Source: a virus. Taken from it: a stretch of DNA of 64,000 nucleotides. This document shows positions 8,242 through 15,369 of the stretch, piece after piece. The stretch's first letter is position 1, and every line of letters begins with the position of its first letter. The notes beneath the pieces were generated by a model. That model did no database searches and was not told where the DNA came from. It saw nothing but the letters and a program-made list of their open reading frames with translations. Position numbers and translations under genes: made by a program. The DNA is taken from positions 1-64,000 of the IMG/VR virus record IMGVR_UViG_3300008117_000010; one strand, given 5' to 3'.

Positions 8242-8376
8242 ATCCCTCTGCACTCAGTTGTAATAGTACCATAATATTCAATGCTTATTAGGCAATTCTA
8301 GCTTTATGGATTTAGTCTTGTTTATACTCATAAACTATTACAACTGCTCACGATTGTGAGAATAGTGCAGAGGAAT
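8242..8376 (-). ncRNA. Three-way-junction RNA element, copy C (66-nt core)
   Basis: 13-bp outer stem, CTCAC-AATC-GTGAG side hairpin, same 13-bp inner stem as copy B. Confidence 0.7.
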
Positions 8377-8466
8377 AATTAATTCATTACAAAAACTTCG
8401 TTATCAGTTCTTGAATGTGCAAATTCCAAAGAAGGAGTCACATAAGTAACTCCGTTCCTTGTGTAC

Positions 8467-8742
8467 TCATAGATAATCGTCTTCGTTTCTAACATAACTT
8501 TCTGTATTGCGATATACATGATTCCAATATTCATCTTCTTGATACGGAGTCATGACATCATATTCGGTATGAACAATAAAACTTTTAATATCAATCCATT
8601 TAGCCTCACCTGTGTTCTCTAATTCAGACTTATACTTTTCAGCATGTTCTTCATTCAGAAAAACTCGGTGATACGTATAACCACGATCATTGTCCTGGTG
8701 AATGACCATAAATATCTTTTTCATAGGTTTGAAGATTTTCAT
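8467..8742 (-). CDS. Hypothetical protein
   Basis: HRVFLNEEHAEKY pattern typical of small phage early proteins. Confidence 0.65.
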   Translation of the reverse strand: MKIFKPMKKIFMVIHQDNDRGYTYHRVFLNEEHAEKYKSELENTGEAKWIDIKSFIVHTEYDVMTPYQEDEYWNHVYRNTESYVRNEDDYL

Positions 8743-9103
8743 AGGTTTGTAATTGTTTTGGGTCTATGGTATTATATATATTATAGGGATAAGAATAGAT
8801 TTCCCTATCACATGATATATAATAACATAAGTCATAAGGTTCTTGTGATACTTGAACGGGAATATATACTATAGAATTCCCGGATATTAAATTAAACTGC
8901 TCTTCACTTATCGCGGTCCCATGATATTTCTTATAATCACTATAACCATAAACACAAATATACTTTGTCTCATATAAACGAGGAAGATTATCAAAGTGTT
9001 TATTGATAATTGAATTCATTGCTGTGGTAATGATTTCTTTACAAGTAGAATTATACTTGGAGTTATCGAGTACCACACGGTAGATTGCATCCCTAATGTC
9101 CAT
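8687..9103 (-). CDS. Hypothetical protein
   Basis: ORF co-oriented with neighbours. Confidence 0.6.
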   Translation of the reverse strand: MDIRDAIYRVVLDNSKYNSTCKEIITTAMNSIINKHFDNLPRLYETKYICVYGYSDYKKYHGTAISEEQFNLISGNSIVYIPVQVSQEPYDLCYYISCDREIYSYPYNIYNTIDPKQLQTYENLQTYEKDIYGHSPGQ

Positions 9104-9153
9104 TGCTATAATATTTAATATGAAGAGGATTTGTTGGTGTAAAAAATAAAAAG

Positions 9154-9190
9154 AAAAGAAAGTGGGTATGGTTTATACCCACTCTCTTTC
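9154..9190 (-). terminator. Intrinsic terminator
   Basis: AGTGGGTAT-GGTT-TATACCCACT-type hairpin followed by a U-tract on the minus strand. Confidence 0.65.
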
Positions 9191-9208
9191 TCTCTGATAA
9201 TCAACTGT

Positions 9209-9607
9209 TTAACCATTATTTAAATCAGTTGGTGTCTCATTTTTTACTTGAGAACCTTGCGAACTACCTCTCATATTATTTATTATCTTATCACTAAACC
9301 TTCTCGCCATCTCATCTTTAAGAAATGGGTTGGTATCTACGATACTTTGTACTTTATCGAACTCTGAAGTATCGACAATGACGTTATCGTTAGTAGTAAT
9401 AGTGAGTTGTATATTATCTCCGTAATATACACTCTGAAAGAATAGTGGTGTACCATCGGTATCTTCTACAAGATAACCTTCATCTTCACGAAGTGTACGG
9501 TACTGTTCCACTTCTTCTTTTGTACCGCTTACACGGTATACAAATACGGTCTTAACACCGTTAACTCCTGCCTTTTTGTAGCTGTTCTTAAATTGTCCTT
9601 TTAGCAT
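9209..9607 (-). CDS. Early protein, paralogue of 10306..10683
   Basis: LKGQFKNSYKK...EQYRTLREDEGY...PLF aligns with LKAEFRNPFKK...EQYLRDKRDEGY...PLY. Confidence 0.8.
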   Translation of the reverse strand: MLKGQFKNSYKKAGVNGVKTVFVYRVSGTKEEVEQYRTLREDEGYLVEDTDGTPLFFQSVYYGDNIQLTITTNDNVIVDTSEFDKVQSIVDTNPFLKDEMARRFSDKIINNMRGSSQGSQVKNETPTDLNNG

Positions 9608-9656
9608 TTTACTTTAGATTTATATGATTTATTATTTACTTTGTGCTACAGTGCAC

Positions 9657-9800
9657 AAGTAAATAGAGAACGCGCGAAGCGCGTAGGCGGAGCGAAGCGA
9701 CGCGTAGAGAGAGAGGAGAGGGAGCGAAGCACTGGAGCGAGGGCACGCCGGTAGGCGTGCAATCGCGAAGTGCGAAGCGAGTCAAGAGAGAGGAAAGGAT
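9657..9800 (-). promoter_or_regulatory. GC-rich GCGAAGC/GCGGAGC hairpin cluster 1
   Basis: Four GCGAAGC, one GCGGAGC and a GCACGCC/GGCGTGC hairpin on the plus (template) strand upstream of the 9607 start. Confidence 0.55.
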
Positions 9801-10035
9801 AGAGTAAAGAGAACTAGGTAAAAATCATTCGTCGAAAAAAAGTATCGTAAAACACGGGGGTTTATCATAAAACTATTCGATTCATCGAGGATTATTCCAC
9901 GTTCGTCGAAATAGAGGATCGAGTATTATTCTATATTATATAATAACAAACCCTTTTCTTTGTGAGCCATGGTTTGCAGTGCCAATGCCATGTTGCAATT
10001 AGAAAAAAAAAGACAAGGCCTTTAGGCCCTGTCTT

Positions 10036-10257
10036 TTAAGATTTAGGAATTAAATCTATAGGGAGAGGATAATCAGTCCATTCCCATTCTTTTTCACCAT
10101 ATTGTTCCGTAGAAAATGGAACCTTAATGGTGTTGGAATACAGACTAATGACAATGACATCATTGCCATCATTCAAAAGCGGAAGCAAATGGTGGTCTGG
10201 CCAGTTACCTTTATACCTTTTTGTGGTATTCAAGGTCTTGTTGATTACTATGTACAT
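10036..10257 (-). CDS. Hypothetical early protein
   Basis: Bounded by hairpins at about 10011-10035 and 10282-10299. Confidence 0.7.
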   Translation of the reverse strand: MYIVINKTLNTTKRYKGNWPDHHLLPLLNDGNDVIVISLYSNTIKVPFSTEQYGEKEWEWTDYPLPIDLIPKS

Positions 10258-10305
10258 AGGTTTAATATTTAAATAAAAAAGAAACCCCCCGAAGGGGGCT
10301 TACTT

Positions 10306-10683
10306 TCATGAACCAAACAGGTCATCACTTGGATTATGCTGTGGTTCAGGTGCATGTGCCTTTGGTGGCGCAATCATTGCAAGCAATGTCTCGTCGCTCA
10401 AGTTTGGAAATTGCGCTTTCATGCTATTGAGCGCCTCCAATATGAACAAGTCAGGCCACCACTTGCCATCTTTGTTACGCACAACACTAACGCCAATAGG
10501 AATGACGGTTTTACTGATATACAATGGAATCTCGTTTCCACTATCATCAGTAGCGGGATAACCCTCGTCACGCTTATCGCGCAAATATTGCTCGATTGCA
10601 ATTTGGTTGCCTTTAAGAATGTAGGCGAACCTAATTTCACCGTCCTTTTTGAACGGGTTGCGGAATTCTGCTTTTAATTCCAT
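10306..10683 (-). CDS. Early protein, paralogue of 9209..9607
   Basis: See the paralogue alignment; acidic tail PSDDLFGS. Confidence 0.8.
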   Translation of the reverse strand: MELKAEFRNPFKKDGEIRFAYILKGNQIAIEQYLRDKRDEGYPATDDSGNEIPLYISKTVIPIGVSVVRNKDGKWWPDLFILEALNSMKAQFPNLSDETLLAMIAPPKAHAPEPQHNPSDDLFGS

Positions 10684-10712
10684 AATGATAAAGATTTTAA
10701 ATGGTTAAACAA

Positions 10713-10787
10713 TAAGTAAAGAGAGTAGACGCGAAGCGTCAAGGGAGTGCGAAGCGTAGCGAGCACGAGTCAAGAAAGAGGAAGACT
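10713..10787 (-). promoter_or_regulatory. GC-rich GCGAAGC hairpin cluster 2
   Basis: GACGC-GAA-GCGTC, GCGAAGCGTAGC; shares AAGTAAA-x-AGAG and CGAGTCAAGA-x-AGAGGAA with cluster 1. Confidence 0.55.
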
Positions 10788-10874
10788 TGTATTTAAAGGG
10801 ACTGGGTAATTCCTCCGGTGTTTGGTGTAACTAAAACACGGGGGATTTCTCCCCCGTGTTTATAGATGAAACAA

Positions 10875-11027
10875 CTACCGTACTATTTTGATTTGAGTAC
10901 GGCTAACATCCTGTCCCAATCTTTGGAATTGGGAATACACTTTGTCCATTGCATGCCACTTGGAGCATGCAAGCACCGTTATAATGCCTAACTTGGCAAC
11001 GGCGACTTTATAAGTTTGTGTGTCCAT
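10875..11027 (-). CDS. Small early protein (50 aa)
   Basis: MDTQTYKVAVAKLGIITVLACSKWHAMDKVY...; ATG directly follows the hairpin/U-tract. Confidence 0.6.
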   Translation of the reverse strand: MDTQTYKVAVAKLGIITVLACSKWHAMDKVYSQFQRLGQDVSRTQIKIVR

Positions 11028-11252
11028 AAAAAAAAAGAGAAAGAGGCGAAGCCCCTTCTTTGTGAGTGTGCAAAGAAAAATAACCCCCTATGAAGTTCAG
11101 GGGTTACGGTGGAAGGGCATATCTATAAGATACATTAACAGGGCATGTACATTGCAAGGACTCCCCCTTGGATGTACTTAAGTTCATATTGAAACATTGC
11201 ACCTGCATTTTATCCCCTAACTCAAGAAAAAAAAGAAGGGGCGAAGCCCCCT

Positions 11253-11399
11253 TTAGTTTAGTTTCGAGAGCACGCGCATGACGCACTCGTGTCCAACATG
11301 TTCGCCAAACGCGTCGGACATTTCACAATACAGGTTGTTTAACATGTTAATTGGAAAGCACCTGTCAAGCATTTCCAATTTAAAGTTCAAGTTGTCCAT
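11253..11399 (-). CDS. Small early protein (start MDNLNF)
   Basis: ATG follows one repeat and the stop abuts the next. Confidence 0.6.
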   Translation of the reverse strand: MDNLNFKLEMLDRCFPINMLNNLYCEMSDAFGEHVGHECVMRVLSKLN

Positions 11400-11433
11400 A
11401 GATAAAAAAAGAAGGGGGCGAAGCCCCTCCTTT

Positions 11434-11784
11434 CTACAAGCAGTCAATGTCCTCTATGCAAGCATCGTTGTTTTGCATAGCAGGCTTAAACAACCAACTT
11501 GTCTTGGGACGCATTTTCGTTTGCTCCCAAATGTTAATTGCCTCAACCTGTTGGTTAATTAAACCCTGATTGAATGCACTGTGAAATTGGTCAATTTCTT
11601 CCCGATTCGTAGTGCTAAATTCAATCGTCATTTTCCCGGATTTCCCTTGCCAAATTTTGCAATTAAAATTTGCAAAGTTCATCCATGAAAATGTCGCTAC
11701 ATTCATGCACAACTTTGCGCAGTAAATGTTGGTGGTTCCCAACTCATGAGTTGAGAAGCCAAAGGGTAATTTATGTCGTATCAT
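11434..11784 (-). CDS. Hypothetical early protein
   Basis: Bounded by a C-GAA-G hairpin upstream and a GCGAAGC hairpin downstream. Confidence 0.65.
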   Translation of the reverse strand: MIRHKLPFGFSTHELGTTNIYCAKLCMNVATFSWMNFANFNCKIWQGKSGKMTIEFSTTNREEIDQFHSAFNQGLINQQVEAINIWEQTKMRPKTSWLFKPAMQNNDACIEDIDCL

Positions 11785-11902
11785 AAGGAAAGATAGTAGT
11801 CACGAAGTGACAAGCTCGTCAAAAAAGAGGAGCGCATTGGAGTACGGGTGGGTGGGTGGGGACTAGGTAATAACCCATCCACCTTTTTAAAAAGAAAGCG
11901 GA

Positions 11903-12121
11903 TTACTCCGCTTTCTCTTGTAGGTAACACACAGCACCAATCATTCCGATTAGTGCAATTATTATCATTGGTATCGCGTAAGCTGGATGGCTTACGGCAC
12001 CAAAGTAATTTGAAATACTTACGGTTATTATACCGTAACACAATGCGGGCAACACGTATATAAGTGTTGCTATGCTCGCCATTGCTACAATGCCGAGCAT
12101 AATGTTTTTTGTTTGTCTCAT
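11903..12121 (-). CDS. Small membrane protein (start MRQTK)
   Basis: Two long hydrophobic stretches; ATG follows the repeat. Confidence 0.65.
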   Translation of the reverse strand: MRQTKNIMLGIVAMASIATLIYVLPALCYGIITVSISNYFGAVSHPAYAIPMIIIALIGMIGAVCYLQEKAE

Positions 12122-12204
12122 AAAGAAAAAAAGAAAAGGGCGAAGCCCTATTGTTTCTGTTGCCAAGGCAATGCCTCCGAGTCTTACTCATGAACTTGTT
12201 CGAG

Positions 12205-12396
12205 TCATTTCTCTCTTCTCCAACAATGGAGGTGAGAATTCTCTAAATCGATTGGAGTGACAACGATATCACGCAAGTGATACTTATGTCTCCATTGATT
12301 TAGAGCTTTCTGAATTTCCACGTTCTTGGAGGCGATAACAATCGCTTCCCACGTGGATTCAGAAACAACTCGAACAACGCGTTGTACGTTGTCCAT
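12205..12396 (-). CDS. Small early protein (start MDNVQR)
   Basis: ATG follows the repeat U-tract. Confidence 0.6.
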   Translation of the reverse strand: MDNVQRVVRVVSESTWEAIVIASKNVEIQKALNQWRHKYHLRDIVVTPIDLENSHLHCWRREK

Positions 12397-12433
12397 AAAG
12401 AAAAAAAGAAACCCCAAAGGGGTGATGATCTCC

Positions 12434-12664
12434 CTAAAATGGGAGATCATCATCTTGTTGAGTGTATGGAGGTTGCTTTGGTTCCTCCATTACCTCCATT
12501 ACCTCTATACCCCAACCCTCGCAAGAACGATTGGTACATAGAGTGACTTGTTCGATGATTACATCGAACGAGTCAACGGATCCCCCGTCATCATAACAGG
12601 GGACCATGAACTCACGATTACCAATCGTGAGTTCAGTGCCGCAGCACTTGCATTTTTTTTCCAT
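12434..12664 (-). CDS. Zn-ribbon-like protein with SSB-type C-terminal tail (start MEKKC)
   Basis: CKCC and CTNRSC cysteine pairs; ends QQDDDLPF. Confidence 0.7.
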   Translation of the reverse strand: MEKKCKCCGTELTIGNREFMVPCYDDGGSVDSFDVIIEQVTLCTNRSCEGWGIEVMEVMEEPKQPPYTQQDDDLPF

Positions 12665-12689
12665 GGTCTTTATATTTATATAAAGACAG

Positions 12690-12900
12690 GAGCCACGCAG
12701 TGGCAAAGCTTGTCATCGAAGATGCACTTGGAGGTGTCACTCGAGGCACGAGAGTGCACACCGGAGAGTGCAAGCTTGTCTGCGCCATGGTGAGTGGGGG
12801 GGGTGTGCGCAAGCGAGCGTGGTGGGCTTTGCGTGGGCAAGTGTGGGGGGTAGCCCCCGCGCGGCGCGAGGCCTGGGGTTCTTTCTATAGCGACCCCTCA
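12690..12900. other. GC/G-tract-rich strand-switch region (candidate genome terminus or origin)
   Basis: G8, GGG, GGG, G6 and G4 tracts and a GGGGG-TAG-CCCCC hairpin between the divergent arms. Confidence 0.45.
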
Positions 12901-12940
12901 CATTCTCTACCACACTATTTTTTTATTTAAGGATCTTTCA

Positions 12941-12948
12941 TATATTTG
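12941..12948 (+). promoter_or_regulatory. Bacteroidota-type -7 element TATATTTG
   Basis: TAnnTTTG 12 nt upstream of the GroES-like ATG. Confidence 0.5.
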
Positions 12949-12960
12949 AAAAAAAAACAT

Positions 12961-13242
12961 ATGCAAGTACTTGGAAATCGAATCATGGTTTTAAAACCAA
13001 AAGCACCAGAATCTACTATTCAGCTTACTGATGAATCTAAAGCAGAAATGGAAAAAGAGATGATGAAAAGATGGAGTAAGTTAGAGGTTACTCATATTGG
13101 GGATGAGGTGACTAAAGTTAGGGTGGGCGACCGCGTTTATATTGGTAGCGCTGCTTTACAAAACGCCGAAGTCATTCAACATGAAGATGATTTTTATTTT
13201 CTTATAAATGAACAATCCGTGTTGATATCGTATCGAAACTGA
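12961..13242 (+). CDS. groES: GroES-like co-chaperonin
   Basis: LGNRIMV, IGDEVTKVRVGDRVY and FLINEQSVL match the cpn10 pattern. Confidence 0.75.
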   Translation: MQVLGNRIMVLKPKAPESTIQLTDESKAEMEKEMMKRWSKLEVTHIGDEVTKVRVGDRVYIGSAALQNAEVIQHEDDFYFLINEQSVLISYRN

Positions 13243-13243
13243 C

Positions 13244-13264
13244 AAGGGGGCTGATGCCCCCTTT
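13244..13264 (+). terminator. Intrinsic terminator
   Basis: AAGGGGG-CTGATG-CCCCCTT hairpin right after the GroES stop. Confidence 0.6.
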
Positions 13265-13276
13265 AACTTTACTATT

Positions 13277-13423
13277 ATGGTAATTGAAATAGGATTTAAT
13301 ACTTTAACTAATTGGACGATTGGTTTAGCATATGTTCCTGGCGAAGATCTTGAAGGTGACGAATTTCAAGAATTTGAAATAGGCCTAGGATTTTTTTATA
13401 TTTCTTTTAAAGTCTATGTATAA
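13277..13423 (+). CDS. Small hypothetical protein (48 aa)
   Basis: MVIEIGFNTLTNWTIGLAY...EIGLGFFYISFKVYV. Confidence 0.5.
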   Translation: MVIEIGFNTLTNWTIGLAYVPGEDLEGDEFQEFEIGLGFFYISFKVYV

Positions 13424-13455
13424 TTTGTATATTATATATATAAATTGTATGTAAT

Positions 13456-13566
13456 ATGGGGTTAGGTAATAATAACTATAAAAATGGTAGTAAGCGATCC
13501 AACTTTAGGTATCAGCTAACTTTCCTTAGACTTTTACAAAGGATATTAGATAATTTAACTCCTTAA
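13456..13566 (+). CDS. 36-aa peptide homologous to the N-terminus of the next gene
   Basis: MGLGNNNYKNGSKRSNFRYQLTFLRLLQRI versus MSLGNGNPNEGNKGSNYDFERRSLKLLEAI. Confidence 0.6.
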   Translation: MGLGNNNYKNGSKRSNFRYQLTFLRLLQRILDNLTP

Positions 13567-13576
13567 TTTTTAGTAT

Positions 13577-14482
13577 ATGAGTTTAGGTAACGGTAATCCC
13601 AATGAAGGGAATAAAGGTTCAAATTATGATTTTGAACGTAGAAGTCTAAAATTATTAGAGGCAATTGCTAATGCAACGAGCGGAGGTTTAGGTGGTGTCA
13701 CATCTGTTGGCTTATCTATGCCTTCTGAATTTTCTGTAGCTAATAGTCCTATAATAACAAATGGAACACTTACAGTAACAAAAGCAAGTCAAAATCAGAA
13801 TTTAGTTTATGCTTCACCTGATGGTATAGCTGGTGTTCCAACATTTAGACAATTGGTTGCAGCAGATATTCCTGCTTTACCTTATGCTACATCTGTTGGT
13901 TTATCTTTACCAAGTGCTGATTGGACAATTACAAATAGTCCTGTTACTGGTAGTGGAACATTAACTGGAACTTATAAAACTCAAAGTGCTAATAGAGTAT
14001 TTGCAGGTCCAACTACTGGTGCTGCTGCTACTCCTTCTTTTAGAGCATTGGTAAGTGATGATATTCCAGGAATATTTAACCAAGACTTTTTAATGCTTGG
14101 TACAAGAGGTCTTAACGTTGCAAATAATACTACAGTGTTCGCTCCATTAGTTGGAGATATTGCATCAGCAACTGGATTTGCTGCCAGTGAAGTAAACGTA
14201 TATAATGTTTTGCCGTATAACATTACTGCAACGGGCATCAAAGTTTATATTGCTAACTCTATGCCCGCAACACAAACACTTACTGTTAGATTAAGAGATG
14301 ATGCTGCTAATACAGCATTACTCTTAACAATTAACCCAAGTTCAGTTGCAGGAGTTTATAGTGCAACAGGTAGTGTCAATGTTGATGCCGATTCACTTGT
14401 TAACTGGCAATTAATAAATAGTGCTGGAGGTTCAGCAACTGCTAACATAGTTTCCATTGTTTTATTATTTAAATATAGGTAA
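13577..14482 (+). CDS. Virion fibre-like protein
   Basis: Two TSVGLSxPS...NSPxxxxGTLT...PxFRxLVxxDIP repeats and a beta-rich C-terminal domain. Confidence 0.65.
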   Translation: MSLGNGNPNEGNKGSNYDFERRSLKLLEAIANATSGGLGGVTSVGLSMPSEFSVANSPIITNGTLTVTKASQNQNLVYASPDGIAGVPTFRQLVAADIPALPYATSVGLSLPSADWTITNSPVTGSGTLTGTYKTQSANRVFAGPTTGAAATPSFRALVSDDIPGIFNQDFLMLGTRGLNVANNTTVFAPLVGDIASATGFAASEVNVYNVLPYNITATGIKVYIANSMPATQTLTVRLRDDAANTALLLTINPSSVAGVYSATGSVNVDADSLVNWQLINSAGGSATANIVSIVLLFKYR

Positions 14483-14484
14483 TA

Positions 14485-14697
14485 ATGCAGGATACTACTT
14501 TTATATATCAGATTATAACTATTTCCGCAGCTTTGATTGGAACATATGTTAAGATGATAATGGAAATAACTAAAATGAAATCAAGAATCTTTGTGTTAGA
14601 ACAAAGTAGTAGTGAAGTAACTACAATGCTTAAGAAATTACACGATGATTTAAATGAAATTAAACTTCTACTAGCTAGAAAACAAATAGATAAATAA
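14485..14697 (+). CDS. Holin-like membrane protein
   Basis: N-terminal TM helix plus coiled coil, in the lysis cassette. Confidence 0.5.
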   Translation: MQDTTFIYQIITISAALIGTYVKMIMEITKMKSRIFVLEQSSSEVTTMLKKLHDDLNEIKLLLARKQIDK

Positions 14698-14698
14698 T

Positions 14699-15004
14699 AT
14701 GGTATCATTAATATTTTTAATCGGTATACTACTAACCCTAATAATTATACTAGTATTTCTTCATAAAGAAGTTATAAAGGATAAAAACAAAAACTTTATA
14801 CCTGATACTGTTGAAGAAAAAATAGAAGAGGTTAGTGAAAAAATTGAAGAGACTGTTGAGGTTATTAAACACAGAACCAAGAGAGTTAAGCAAGAAGCTG
14901 ATGACGTTGTAAAAGCATTTTGTAAAGCAATTGATGGAATAGACGATCTTGGTGAGGCTGCAAAAGGAGCCAAAAGAAAAGGTCGTAAGAAAAAGGTATC
15001 ATGA
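14699..15004 (+). CDS. Membrane-anchored protein
   Basis: N-terminal TM helix, charged body, basic tail. Confidence 0.6.
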   Translation: MVSLIFLIGILLTLIIILVFLHKEVIKDKNKNFIPDTVEEKIEEVSEKIEETVEVIKHRTKRVKQEADDVVKAFCKAIDGIDDLGEAAKGAKRKGRKKKVS

Positions 15005-15369
15005 AACCCATACTCCGTTTCTTTAAAATGTGGGACTTTATATGGAGTGTTCCACTAGCCTTTATTGCATTTTATGGATATGGTTGGATTCAAGAAAATA
15101 TTTTTGGAGATCCAATGTATTCAACAGAATGGTTTCATCGAGCTATTCTAGCATCATTAATTATGATTTTATTTAATGGTGTAATACTTACAGGAACATA
15201 TTTCAACTTTAAAGGAATATTTAAATACTTCTATTCTAAGGATTCTTCAATAAGAAATGATTTTAATAACGCACCAGTATGGTTAAAACTATTATACTTT
15301 CCATTTGTATTTTTCTTATACCTATTTGCACTTATCCTCGTATTCAGATATATAGTTCCGATAATATAA
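15001..15369 (+). CDS. Multi-pass membrane protein (holin candidate)
   Basis: Three hydrophobic segments; directly upstream of the endolysin. Confidence 0.55.
   Translation: MKPILRFFKMWDFIWSVPLAFIAFYGYGWIQENIFGDPMYSTEWFHRAILASLIMILFNGVILTGTYFNFKGIFKYFYSKDSSIRNDFNNAPVWLKLLYFPFVFFLYLFALILVFRYIVPII

Larger units (their letters stand above)
11021..12425 (-). repeat. Dispersed intergenic repeat: (TGTCCAT)-A/G tract-stem-GCGAAGC-stem
   Basis: Copies at about 11021-11060, 11225-11253, 11391-11433, 12113-12150, 12390-12423 (AAA loop), plus GTCAC-GAA-GTGAC at 11799-11811. Confidence 0.85.

Noticed and set aside
7133-8376. CRISPR or TIGR-type array, or hammerhead ribozyme
   Set aside because: Units are inverted-repeat scaffolds with irregular spacing; no cas-like gene in the window; CTGAGTG does not fit the CUGAnGA/GAAA hammerhead core
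10000-12430. Hairpins as plain intrinsic terminators only
   Set aside because: Not excluded, but insufficient alone: ATGs follow immediately with no promoter space, and the loops favour the DNA GAA triloop; kept as the alternative hypothesis
11104-12706. Long N-terminal versions of ORFs 11104..11286, 11253..11447, 11781..12191, 11903..12166, 12205..12453, 12434..12706
   Set aside because: Most extensions merely translate the hairpin/T-tract (LRPxLFF, PLLFF) or overlap better ORFs; downstream ATGs were chosen
12700-12930. 76-aa plus-strand ORF across the GC island
   Set aside because: Stop-poor GC/G-tract sequence with atypical codon use
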